DNA of 64,000 nt from Lama glama. Its lineage: Eukaryota. The DNA lies in the NCBI GenBank assembly GCA_028534125.1, contig CM052817.1, positions 19,904,001-19,968,000 on the forward strand. Direction: 5' to 3'. Of the stretch, positions 26,641 to 39,594 are shown piece after piece (within the stretch, counting starts at the first letter, position 1; every line of letters begins with the position of its first letter). The notes under the pieces are model-generated. The model was not told the origin of the DNA. It was given only the letters and a program-made list of their open reading frames with translations, and did no database searches. The position numbers and the translations under genes were made by a program.

Positions 26641-27242
26641 TGTGGGAAGAATGTTTCCTCCGCCCCCCTTCTCCCCACCTACCTCCACCTGGGAAGATGT
26701 GTCCGGAAACCGTGAATATATTACACGATATGTCAGAAAGAGATTTGCAGATAAAATTAAGGTTACAGACTTTAAAAAAGAGAAATAATACTGGATTTTC
26801 CAGCAGGACCCAATCTATGCACATTAGCTCTTAAGGACAATGGTTCTCGCTGCTTAGAGTGCTGAAGAAAATGTGGCTGCAGGGAAAGCCAGAGGGATTT
26901 GAAGACTAAGGACTCCCGCCACCATTGCTGTGTGGAAAACACTAGAAGGAATTGGTGCAGCACGTGAACAAAGACTGTGTTGTTGAGGACCACACAAAAA
27001 CTGCCAGGAACTAAATTCAGCCAACAATGAACATGTCTGAAAGCAGATTTTCCCCTAGAGCCTCCAGAACATATTACAGCCCTGCCTACACCCTGAGTTC
27101 TGCCTGGTGAGACGGGACAGACACCAGACAGAGCCGTACTCTGCCTGGGCTTCGGACCTGCAGAACTGTGAGATGATAAATTTGTGTTGTTTTCATCCAC
27201 AGAGCCTTTGTGATTTGTTATGGAAGCAATGGAAAACTGAGG
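26641..27242 (+). mobile_element. MaLR LTR (MLT1E-like), near full length
   Basis: 5' tgtgg; ttgcagataaaattaaggtta; cccctagagcctccaga; cagaactgtgagatgataaatttgtgttgtttt; gcaatggaaaactga end. Confidence 0.88.
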
Positions 27243-28489
27243 TAATTATGAAAAAAAAAAAAGAAAGACAAAGTGAGGAAGATGGGTCTAATCTCATTTG
27301 TCCAAAAGGATTCCACATATCCACAGATGACATGCAAAGGCCACCAACCCTGCTTATATGGTTCAGTGGAAATTTAGGCTGACATTTAAAAAACATAGTA
27401 ATATAATTTCAAACAGATTTATTAAGAGACAATATTGTTTTATTTTTCATATGGCTTAATTAGAAAAAGAAATTGAGTAAAATTTCACATTTTATTTCTT
27501 CATATAATTTCTCAGCCTTGGAAACCCAGTTAATTATTCTAAACTAGTTTGATTGGCACACATTTGGTAGATGCTTATTCTAGGTATTTTATTCAAAATA
27601 GTCTATTTCTCTCTGTTCCAGAAACATCTCATTTACAGCTTTTTTCTAGTGATCCAGTTTTTCTTTTTCTTTTGATTCAGTTTTATTTAAGAAGATAGTT
27701 TTGTTATTATTGCATGTATTTTTGTGTCTTCTTAAATTTTTATTATTCAAATTTTGCTGAGTTATTATCAGAGAATGTGACATTTACAGTGAAAACTTTT
27801 TCTGACATACATATTAAATATATATATTATATGTATATAAATTAGTTAATTTAATTTAATTCTCTACTTTAAAATGTATAAATTATCTTTTCTCATTTTA
27901 GGATGATGGTATTAAATTGGCACTTTTCCTTTCTCTTGTAAATTGCATGGTAACAAGAAGAAAAAAATTTTAAATAAATAAAATTTATTTTTATGAAACT
28001 ACAAGTGGCTTAAAATTCCAAATGCCATATTTTTAAGGAAAGGATGGAAGAAAGGCTGAAAAATTAAAAACAAAAAAAGCAGTAGAAACCAAAACAACTA
28101 TATGTGAGATGAAGACTAGATGGTGTCAAAGCTAGTCCTGTCAGAAATATCCAGAAACAGATACTTCTTGATGGTCAGGAGTACAGCCTGAGATACAAAA
28201 CCTAAATGCCTTATTTGGAGAAGCAAGAACTGAAACATATATTGATAGCAGAAGGTCCCCAGCCTCCTTGTTTATGAACAACAAGGGGACACACCTAAAT
28301 GAAGATTTACACAGGCAAGTTATAATTCCAGGAAGCTGCCTACCTCTGTGGCAATAGTGCCAGAGTAAGACTTCAAACTGTAAATACTCTTCAGCTGAAC
28401 ATTGCTCTGAGGTGGAGAACAGTGCTGTCCAATTAAACTTACACACAATTCCATCCATATAAGACTCATGTTTCAAAGATGAATAATGA

Positions 28490-28782
28490 GTCACTGACAT
28501 AGGAAACACAATTATGGTTACCAAAGGAGATGGAAGGGAAAAGATAAATTAGGAATTTGGGATTAAAAGACACACACTACTATATATAAAACAGATAAAC
28601 TACAAAGACCTACTGTATAGCACAAGGAACTGTATTCAATATCTTGTAATAACCTGCAATGGAAAATAATCTGAAAAATTATATATATATATATATATGT
28701 ATATATGTCTGACTGAATCACTTAGCTGTACACCTGAAACTTTACAAATCAACTATACTTCAAATAAAAAAAACAGATTAAA
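28490..28782 (+). mobile_element. Cetartiodactyl-type L1 3' end with perfect 15-bp TSD
   Basis: tatggttaccaaagg, gacctactgtatagcacaaggaact, gctgtacacctgaaac; TSD aaagatgaataatga at 28475-28489 and 28783-28797. Confidence 0.95.
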
Positions 28783-31700
28783 AAAGATGAATAATGAAGA
28801 TGGAAATAGATGACTGTATAAAGACATCACGAAAATAGAGAAAATATGAAATATGAAAAACCAGTTGCAAGCCAATAACACTCTTCAGAAAAAATTTGAG
28901 ATAATGTGTATAAACGTGTGTATACACATACATTTACATACGTTTATCTCTCTCTCTCTCTCTATTCATAATGCAGATAAAATGTTGAAAAAAAAATCCA
29001 TGAGCTAAAATGGCAACAATGGAATCAATCAGTTCCATAATTTCAGACAGACAACATGTAACAATGTGAAAGCACATTGTTGTTACCATAAATTACCTAC
29101 CCTCCAGTAAATAGACTTCTAATGTCATCTGTAATTCTGACTTTATTATTTAAAGGTGCTCTTTAATTCTGACATACGATTTGAGAGAATCATTCTATTT
29201 TTATTATATTTCTGTGTTGAATTAAATGAGCTACATAAATTCCTCTAATAAAAGCAAAAAGACGTTTTTGAAATGCTTGATATCAAATCTACAGAAATCT
29301 GCTTTACCTTGCATATATTCTTTCATTATTGATTTTCTTAACATCTTGACATAATGAGGGAATTCGGAAATACAACTGATATAACTATAACTCTGAGATA
29401 GTCTAACACTGCTGTGAAGTATTTTGACAAGCTCTGGCTTCTGCTACCCCTGGAAAAAAGCATAAAAGTGTATTAAAACTAAAATAAGTATGGCTAATAC
29501 CCATTAGTTTCAACCTAGTTTCACATAGTATTTAGAAGTTGTCCCAGTTAAATCCATCAAAACACAAACCCTGCTAGGACAGGGGAGTTTTGTCCCTAAG
29601 GGCCCTTTCTTATAATTGCAGACCCATCTGATTTTTAAGTCATGTGAAAAGTCAATATGGAATCTCCAGGGAAGCTAGTTCTTTCCCAACTTTTCTATTT
29701 CTCTATTACTATGTTCATCTCATTTCAACTCTCATTCAAATTTTAACAACTGCAAGAGTAGGCTTATTTCAGAGCCTCCTGACATACATTTTTACCTGGT
29801 AGAAGAGTCCAATCCCCTCAGGGACCGTATCAAAAATGCTCCACTTAAAAAGAATTTGCTGAAGTGCGTTTATGAACTCAGTCTCTATGCAGTCAGCAGT
29901 ACAAGTCTATAATTTTCCTCAAATGAAGCTTGGCCTTTGAGCATAGTTATACACTGTATCAAAGTCACATGCAATTACAAAAATGCGTGAAAAAAAATCA
30001 AGACCCTTTAGGCAGCCGTTCTGATCATAGAGGTCAAAGAAACGCCAACAGACTCTAGTTTCCATCGCTTGCCTCCAGTCAGGGCTGTATTACAGCCACC
30101 CAGAAAGATGATTTTCTCTTTAAAACATATTCTCCAATTATTCTCTATAGAAAGATATACAAACACCTCATATCCTAATATAACTTTCTCATGATGTTAA
30201 GGATAAAAAAGATTTTTGAGTAAGAAAATGTGTGGTTGCTGATTTGTACTTTTGGATCAAGAGAGACATTTACAATGAATAGCAAGAGATTATAATTACT
30301 GAAGAAGGGGCAAATTAGTTTTACTGTCCTGCAAAAGCAAGTAACTAGTATGTAGCAAATTATAATCCATGAATACTTAACTCCCCTTAGGTATTTCTCT
30401 CTTATTACATGGCAGAGAATATATCAAGAAATAACTCTTCTAAAAATGCAAATTCATCCCATGAATGCTTAACTCTTTTGTTAATCTGAGGAGCGGTTCT
30501 TTTTTCAGTCTTCATCTATTATTAAAAAAAAAAAAAAAGAACAGGAAAGGGAAAAAAATTCCCGCTAAAAGAAATCAAGCTGAATTTCAATCATGATAGT
30601 TTTTGGAAATCAAAACCTCTGTGGATATTTGGTGATATTTTTAAATAAAACTGAAAAATAATTACTTCAGTTGAAAACTCTATTAAAATTTCAGATTACC
30701 TATGGAAATATAAATCATGAGATTTTGTAAAGTGTCCAAATGTTACTTATATGGTAAATTTATACTTTTTTTGCCCTTCAATCAGAATTAACCATGGTAA
30801 GCATAAATATAATTTATAATGTTATATTCTATCAATTTCTGTGATGAAATATTACTACATGTAGATTTAATGCCTGAATTAGAGTCACATGTAAAGATTC
30901 ATGGAGAAATTTCTTTATGCATATGATAAAAACAAGACTTACCATAAACAAAACAAAAGTGCTCATGAAGACGCTATTTTACTTTTTTTTTAAGATCTCT
31001 ACATAGAAAAAAATAAAAACACTTCTCTGAAATAAAGTACCAAGGCTAGGGAACTAAACAACTGAAATATATATAATAGCTTTAATCACATTTCCATCTA
31101 GTGATTTCAGAACAAAGTGCTGTATTCTGTATTCATAGCTAACCCATTTATCAATACATTCAAATTAACTTAAAAAAATGTCTGCAGTGTGTAACAAATT
31201 TTGATAGGGTTTATGATGATCTTTGTGAGAATGAAAACTACCATCCAAGTGCTTAATAAAACGCTTGAACACAATGGATGTGAAATTAAAAAAAGAACTA
31301 ACAGAATAACTAAATGGATGTGCCTAATAATGTTTTTCTATCTTGTCTACAATGTCAATTTACCACATCTTTGTTTTAACTTCAAAAATGGGTCAAAAAG
31401 TGATTTCACCAATCCTAGTTCTTAATGGACCATCACCATGGTTTATTCTGTTTTGTGTCCATTTCTTTTGCATTTATCTTTGAATACTATTGATTCTTCC
31501 ATAATTTGTTTATGCCTTTTAAAAAGTGAACTTCTCTGTGTTTCCTCTGGGTATGAACTGCCTCAAAGTGATTCCTTCCTTTATGTAGAAATATATATGC
31601 TTATTTATACATAAAGATGTATTAGAAAAATATTGTAAAAATTCAAAATTTCAATTCCATCGTTAGCTATATGCTCCTGTACAATCATTTCTAACAAAAT

Positions 31701-32079
31701 ATTTGGAAAGCTGACAATGTCTATGATTGCCTTACTTCCTAATATAAAGCCTGCACCGACCTTTTGCAAATATTCCATCTGTTCATTATTCTTTCTTAAT
31801 TTAATTATGAATATATTCATTGATGTCCAGCCTGTGAAAGTAAAGATACAACCTGGCAAATGGACCACAGTGGTATAAGAGAAATATTAGTATTTTACTT
31901 TCCTCCAGAATTAGGATAGAATGTCTTCCTGGGATGTGGGATTTTTTTGTTATGACATGATACTTTCAGTAGAATAAAATAAAACAAATAAAAATAAAAC
32001 AAATTAACTTTTGTTTGTTCATTTTCTTTAAGGATTCTTGAGGGGAATGGTGGCCATTTAAATCAAAATTTCCCAAGTC

Positions 32080-33680
32080 ATGTTTTTAAAAAAGTTAAAA
32101 TGAAGAGAAAACAGAACTAAACATGTTATCTCTACTATAACTAGAAGGCAAAAAAAAAAAAAAGAAGTCAAAAGCATAAAAATTGCACTGTGACAAGAAA
32201 TAAAAAAGAAAAAAGAAGTCTTTTCCCCAAAATTAAAAAGAACATAAACAAATCAAAAGACATTCAGTATCTCCCCCATCATTCCTGCTGCCAAAAAAAA
32301 AAAAAAAAACCAAAGGAACTTAGTAAAGAAATCTAATTTATAAAACTGACAGAAGAGGCTGTTCACCTTCAAATTATACTCAAACAGGACTTTTTTGATA
32401 TAATAAAACATTAAAAATTTTAAAAATCCTAAAAACAGAAATTGACTAAATAAAGTTAGAAGTAAAATGAGAATTAATTGAATTTATTAAATAAATAGAT
32501 GCAAAAAGAAAATCATAAAAAATGAAGACTTGGTTAAAAAGTGTCTGAGGAAGAACAGATTAGGGGAAAATAAAAAACTTAACAATGAATATTATAAAAA
32601 AAATAAGAAAAACAACCAAAAGATTGAAACAGAAAAAAAAGAATTTAAAAAACTGTTAAAAACTCTTGAGTAAAAGAGAACTAAAACTACTAGCTTTCAA
32701 AATAATAATCGAAACTACATATTTTAGTTTATAATTGAATTATTTGGAAAAGTGTTCAGATATATACAAGGGAAATTTAGTTTACCTCATTAGAAATATA
32801 AAGTTCCAACAGACAAATATCTATAGTGAAAATGGAAAACTTTTTAACAAACTATTCCACAAAAATCACCACGTCAAATGATTAAAAATGGAATTTAAAA
32901 AGGCCTCAAATTTTTTAGGAACTGTGATGGGGGTATTTATGTGTCAACTTAACTAGGTTGTGGAGTGCCAGAAATTTAGTCAAAATGATTCTGGGTGTTT
33001 CTATGAGGATATTTCTTGATGAGATGAACATTTAACTGAGTAGATACAGTGAATCAGGTTGCCCTCCCCACTGTGGGAGGACCTCATTCCACAGGTGAAG
33101 GCCTAAATAGAACAAAAAGGCTGGCCCTCCCTAAATAAGGTAATTTTTCTTTCCTGCCAGCTCTTGAACTGGGACACTGGCAATTTTTCTGCTGAAACAT
33201 CAGGTTTTACTTCATCTGGAGCTGCCAGCCTTCAGACTGCAATTACACCGTCAGCTCTCCTGGGTCTCTGGCTGGTTGACTCACCCTGCTGATCTTGGGT
33301 CTTGTCAGCATCCATGATCAGTTGAATCAGATCTTTACTACAAACCTTCCTCTCTGTATGTGTATACCCTACCAGTTCTGTTGCTCTAGAGAACCCTACT
33401 AATACAATACACAAAACTGAGGAAAATTTTTCGAAGATTATTTTCATGAAGCAAGTACTATCTTGGCATGTTACTATGATAAAAAAAAGTAGAAAAAAGG
33501 CAAAAGACACAGCAATATGATTTCTGAATTAAAGGCAAAAGCATTAAATAAAATATTAACAAACCAACTTTAAAAATGCCAAGATGGCATAACAAGGACT
33601 AGTGTATGAAAATGAGCATTGTAATCAGTTATAACCCATAGAATATAATAAATCACACATCCATATTGACAAAAACAAAC
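32080..33680 (+). mobile_element. Very old L1M ORF2 remnant, interrupted by an MLT2 LTR
   Basis: Strongly A-rich tract with tgaaaatggaaaacttttt, aaactattccacaaaa, ttcatgaagcaagta, aaataaaatattaacaaac. Confidence 0.6.
32923..33406 (+). mobile_element. ERVL solo LTR (MLT2B/D-like)
   Basis: tgtgatgg..ttatgtgtcaacttaactagg start; gttctgttgctctagagaaccctactaataca end; TG...CA termini. Confidence 0.92.
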
Positions 33681-33719
33681 AAATAAATAACTCACCCTAA
33701 GAATACCCTGGTTTTTAAG

Positions 33720-33932
33720 AGAAATATATTGAAGCACTTAGATGTTAATTAGTGTCATATACATAACTTTCAAATGATTCAAAAAATAATAATATCTGCA
33801 AGAAACAGTAAAGCAAACACAATAAAATGCTAGCATGTGGAGAATCTGTATAAAAGATATACAGAGGATCTCTATTTTGTGTCTGAAATTTTTCTGAAAA
33901 TTTGAAGTTATTTCAAAATAAAAATTTTAAAG
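33720..33932 (+). mobile_element. L1ME-like 3' fragment
   Basis: taactttcaaatgattcaaaaaa, aaagcaaa, tttttctgaaaatttgaagttatttcaaaataaaa. Confidence 0.65.
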
Positions 33933-34631
33933 ATAGAGGTCTCCTTTCAATGGAATTAGGTTTTCAGTATCTTTTTGAAGAATTGATGAAAATATTATGA
34001 CATGTCTTCTTGGTGTGATTTTCCTATTACAGAGCTCACTTTTCAGAGGATATGGAATGACTAACATTGACACAATGGATTTATATGGAATGAGTAGAGT
34101 TGCTATTTTAATATTGAAGTCTCATGACATCCATGATGATTGAAAATAGTGACAACAACCCAACTATAATTAACGTGTTTTGCAGAAAAGAAAGTTATGT
34201 AAATTAGAATTCAGCAGAATTAGAATTTTTCAGATTCATTTTGAAATGCAGTATTAGAATTAAGGAGAGTCACTTTTAAATTAGCAGATTCAGTTTGAAA
34301 TGCAATATTAAAACAGAGATATCAAAGCTGACAACTATCCCAGAATTTTTTCACCACTGGGCATTTGTTTCTTCTCTGTTACAGGCATAGAGTGCAAGAT
34401 GCTGGAAGACTTTATGCAAACCAAGAGTCTAAATTTCATTATAATCTCACTGGGATAGGGAGGCAAAAATTGTATACAGGGTCACCAAGGAAGATAGGAT
34501 TTCAGAGCAAACATCACAGATAAAGGGAATTTGAGAAAAGCACACCTGATATTTAGTACCTAACTTCCTTTTGAGTGATTTGAGGGTTTGAATGTTTGCA
34601 ATGTGCACATTTCCAGGGTAAGATATTGTCA

Positions 34632-34698
34632 AGGAAAAGAAAAAAAAGAAAGAGAAAGAAAGAAACCAACCAACCAACAAACCAACCAACCAACAAAC
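34632..34698. repeat. (GAAA)n followed by (CCAA)n microsatellite
   Basis: Read directly. Confidence 0.85.
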
Positions 34699-34759
34699 CA
34701 GGGAACTGCTGCTAAGGAACTAAAAACAACACCAACCACAACAATCTAATCAGCATTAC

Positions 34760-35200
34760 TTATAAAACTGGGAACAGCTCAAATATACATCAATAGCAGG
34801 AGGAATAAATAAAATACTATGTGTGTACGTAGCAGAACAGTCCCCAGCAATGAAATAGAACAAACTACTTTAATTATAAGCATTAATAGTGATGAGTATC
34901 ATAGACGAGTGTTTGAGTGACATAATGAGGAAAGGAATATACCATCTATGGAATGTTCATGAACAAGTGGAATGAACCAATGGTAGTGATAGAAATCAGA
35001 ATAGTCTACACATTTGCAGTGTGTGTAATAACTGGGATGGAACACAGGGGTGGGGCTTCTGAAATGTTACTTATATTTTGCATCTTAATCTAGATGTTTG
35101 TTCTAAGGGCATGGTTACTTTGTAGAAATTAACTGAGTTTTACACATTAGATTTTTCCTCTTTTAGAAGTTATTATTTTTCAAAGGAAATGTTAAAAAAC
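34760..35200 (+). mobile_element. L1MC/ME 3' UTR fragment
   Basis: aaaactgggaacagctcaaat, gtgatagaaatcagaatag, actttgtagaaatt..ctgag. Confidence 0.75.
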
Positions 35201-38200
35201 AAATGAAACAGACTATTTCTCATGCAGAGTATTGCGAAAGTCAAACTTTATTGTTAATTCAATTACTGAGGACTGATTAAAATATACTTCTTCTGATATT
35301 GCCTGTTAAATAAATGATATTCAATTAGTAATAAAGATATAATATCCCAAAGTAGCCATGTCATTGACAAAAGAGGAAATAAGAGAAAATGCAAATGATT
35401 AAAATAGAGATTCCTGAACGAGACAATTTTCTTAAATTAATCTGTCAAGTTATATTTCATTTTAAGTGGGAAGGACTGGAGTAAATATCAAAAATCAATA
35501 AACAGTCTGTGGGTGCAACACGCTTCCACAGACCAAATGCATTCAGCCTCAGCTTGGATTTTGACATATCTACACTTTTGAAAACTTTCATTGAGCTCAT
35601 TTGAGCGTCCAACCTCTCCCTAATACTGTGTGGCGAAGGAGTGACTTCAAATGTTGAACAACATCAGCCGGACATCAACCAATCAGAATGGATGCCAGTC
35701 ACCATCAGCTGATACAGCCCCACAGAAATATCCTGGCTGAATAAGAGACTGGCCAGGTGTCCCGTTAGCATGTTTGCAGAAACAGATATTACCCATGTAA
35801 TCTGGATCTAAAGGTCACTAACATTGCAACAGGAACCTGGGGAATTATGAATTATTTGTGCAAAATAATCATTACTGCTTCCCTATATGCATCATATTGG
35901 AGTAACGTTCAAAGATTATCATCTAAACCTATACTATCTTGGATTAACATTACCATAACAAATGGCTAAATTAAGACTTTCCATTTAGATTAATGCCAAA
36001 TGAGTTCCCCTCTGCAGATTTTTATTTTGAATGTGTCTGTTTCCGGAAAACATTTGCAATGCTCTTCAATAGAATGCATTCAAGTGTTGAAAATATCTGG
36101 GCCTGTCAGTTCAGATCATAATCTATTTACCCAGGTACATCAACGCACCTTACAACTAAGGACAGTTGGTCGTTACCACCACTACAGCAACCCTCTTAGC
36201 AGTTTCCCAGAACAATCCTTCATTCTCTCCCATCTGACTGTTGGCAGCCTCCGGAGGTTCACTTTTATTTGTCACATTAATTCAATCAGTCGGGCTTGAC
36301 TGAAATAACTCACTCAAGTACTTTACTCCTCTGTCTCTGATTTAAGCAGACTCTGCCTTGTCTTGGTTAGAGTGCAGTTGGTCCCCAAACAGCCTTCTTT
36401 GAAGATGCGTTCATTTTCACTTAAGCATGGTTCATACCTGCTCTATTATGCCTTCCACTGCATCTGTCCTTTCACACGTTTTAGAGCCTAACTGCTCTCC
36501 ACAATTTGAAATCCAGGGAGAGGATTTCTGTAGGGATAATTTTTTTTTAATTATGTACAAGGCTTATAACAAAATAGTACTAAAATAAAGTTATAGCTAC
36601 AAATGTCTAAAATTTTGTAAAATAATAAAATTAAACTCTAGTTCCTAAAAGCATGGCACAAATGAACAGTGCATGATGATTTTATAAAGTGGCTCAAAGC
36701 ACTATAAAGTGTAAAAGTAGCAATAAATATAATCCTGCCTGTTAGTGATTCTGATAACAATTTGATATGCTATAATAGTCAACAGTTAACTAGCGATAAT
36801 CTAGTGTTTCACCATCTTCACATCTGAAGATTCCTGTGAAATTCTTTAGATGGCCTGAATCTCACTAGAAATCATTACAAGAAAGTTTGAGCTGATTTAT
36901 TACTTTTTTTTTTATAAATTTCTATGAAGCAAGCATACACAATCAGAAATATTTCATCAACTATGTACCACAGTGATGTTGATACAATGATAGAGTTGAT
37001 ACGAGATCCTGATATAGAACTATGTCTCACTAGTCATTCTTTTTTTCCTTCAAGCTCTTATTAGCAGCAATTAAGTTCAAAGACAGAACCGAGGTATTAG
37101 GGTATACAAGTTTGCAAAGAATAAACTCCCTGAGTTTAACCACTGTGCAGAATAATCCAAAATATAAATATTCAGCATAAGATAAAATAAAAGTACTAAG
37201 AAACAGCTGCTGTTCAAAAAATATTTTTGAGGCTTGTTGACTATGTATATCCTGTGTTAATTTATACAAATGAAATTTATTGACAACTAACCATTTACTG
37301 AACACCAAATGAAGAAATAAATACTTTTGACTTTAAGGAGATTACAGAAAAACCAAGAAAATGTCTGGTCACTATCAAAGCTTTTGAAAATAACTTTAAA
37401 ACTGTTTTACCACATTGCTAAAAGTAATCATATAATGGCAAGACAGTATTTTAGGAGGGTACATACTATTGTCTTATTTTACCAAAATGCGAATGCACAA
37501 AAGTGACTTTAGAGGGTAGAAGTTAAAAAAAATTGTTATATAGCTTGATAATCTAGTCATTCATTCAAGCATTTAACTGATATATATTCATCACCTCCTT
37601 TTAGCTGGTCATAATGTTCAACATGGCAGATTGAACAACTAAAGAAACGCAACAGCTTTTTCTTTCCAGATATTACACTATAAACTCAAACATACGTGTG
37701 AATTTGGTTGTATTGGGCAATAATCCTGAGGGTGGAAATTAAAACCAATATCAGATAACATTTGTGTTGTAGTAAGGTCAATGTATAAGGGGATACCAGG
37801 CTTCTCCCAACAATGCCCAACATGCTTTCTTTTATTATTTTTCTTTCTTTTTTCCTTTTTAAATTTTTCCCCCTCTAATCTCTACTAAGTGGCATGTTCA
37901 GAGGCACTCATATCTGAGAGCCCCCTCCACACGATCTGTTATTGTCACATCTGTCCTTCACTCTGAAAGCCTGAGATGGCTCTGTTTCTTCAAGAAATGT
38001 GACAAAAGCTCATTCTTATCTCAAGTTGGATAGCTATGAACTGACATTAATTATTCAAGAGTAGTGAGATCCAAGATTCATAAGTTTATTTAATGTAGAG
38101 TATATTTTACCTTGCTTTGTTTCTAAATCTTAAGATTCCTTTAGACAACGAGAAAAGTTTGCTTAGTGCTTAAGCCGAGATCAAAACGCATTATAATAAG

Positions 38201-38619
38201 ATTTGGGGCTGACTTTCATCAACAGTAGAGTGATGCACATCCGAGTTAGTCTCTGACTACAGTGTGACTGCTGTAACTAATTTAATTAATATTTTATGTT
38301 CGTGCTAATCAACCTAGTGAGTTTGCCAATTCCAAGTATATTGCAACATATTATATTCCCTTTGCTTAACGATAAAGCAACAATGTAAATGGAATAAACA
38401 GACAGATGATGGGTAGATAGATATCTTAATTAAATCATGCATACATAAAACTTCAGGAATTTTCAGAAAGATCAAGTAAGAGGAAAAAAAGGTGAATTTA
38501 CTTTTTTGTTTCAATTTCTGACTTCTGAAGAGTAAAAAGTTTTTTTTAATGTGGTTTAGTGCCAGAACAGTGATTATAAAATTACAGGAGTGAAGGTAAA
38601 GTAAGAAAATTAAGTCTCT

Positions 38620-38852
38620 GAGGAACAGAATGGCAAAGATCTTTGATAATTAGAACCAAAGTGTTTCCAAGTGGCCAGTTCAAATCCAGCTGATTTCAGC
38701 AGAGGCCAAGAGTGCATGATCTGATGGAAGTTCAATGTAATTCACGGAACAAAGACAAAGGAGTAGCCTTCCCTGGGGTGATCAGCGATCACATCTTCAA
38801 ATCCACAACAGCAATTGGCAAACTCATTACCCAGCTCTAAAAAAGTTGGCAA
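38620..38852 (+). mobile_element. LF-SINE (ancient tRNA-headed SINE), 5' ~230 bp
   Basis: Colinear similarity to the remembered LF-SINE consensus: gaggaacagaatggc head, B box gttcaaatccagc (from 38678), atctgatgg..gttc, cacatc..aaatccacaacagcaattggca, gttggca. Confidence 0.72.
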
Positions 38853-39477
38853 GTATTAAAATAGAAAAGGAGGGTGACCTATTGGACACAGTACAAAAGG
38901 AGATTGTTAGGGAAGTATTAGCTGCTCTGTTCTTCTCATTCGTTTCCTCCAAGCTAAATTTGGTCCACTAATTTTCAAGCTGAACTGCATTTTCAGGACC
39001 ATAAGGTAACAAAGAAAATGCTCCCTACCTCATCTCTTCAAGTAAAAGATCTCAATTAATCGAAATGTTTTATTGCCAACCTCACAGCTTACTATTATCA
39101 ACACCCTTAATATTATTTCAGTCAAGATGGTATTGAAGTTCATGCTTTGAAGCCTTTCCTTGGTTCTGAACACATGGCAATGAGACATAAAACAATGAGA
39201 CACTATAACAAAAAACAATGAAAGGTCATAGCTTTAGGAACAAAAGAAGTGTAACAACAACAGCAGAAACACACACAGGATGTTGAGCCTGGGTGAAAGT
39301 GTGTATTCTGTTGACTTAAACTTAGCCAAGGAAACTGGAGGTTCGGCTCATATGGGTAATGAGAGGAAAGGTGTTCTGTTTCTTTTGCTGATCAGGACTT
39401 TGATTTGGTACCCTCCTGCTCTAATAAGAAAGTTAATAAAAATAGCTGCTGCTACAAACACTGATTTTATATATATA

Positions 39478-39594
39478 GGCCGGGGGAGGTGATTAGGTTT
39501 TTATTTATTTATTTTTAGTAGAAGTACTGGAGATTGAACCCAGGACCTTGTGCATGTTAGGCACATATCTACCACTGAGCTATACCCTCTCCCC
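39478..39594 (-). mobile_element. tRNA-Ala-derived camelid SINE (vic-1-like)
   Basis: Minus strand GGGGAGAGGGTATAGCTCAGTGGTAGA...GGTCCTGGGTTCAATCTCCAGTAC + (AAAT)n + cctaatcacctccccc tail; TSD tga(a)ttttatatat at ~39462-39474 and ~39595-39608. Confidence 0.9.

Noticed and set aside
26772..27200. 142-aa minus-strand ORF
   Set aside because: Lies entirely within an MLT1 LTR; chance open frame
4249..35740. Shared 14-mer aaatatcctggctg at ~4249 and ~35727
   Set aside because: Isolated 14-mer matches are expected by chance in 64 kb, and the flanks do not align
39478..39594. tRNA-Ala gene
   Set aside because: Disrupted stems, an (AAAT)n tail and a TSD show it is a SINE
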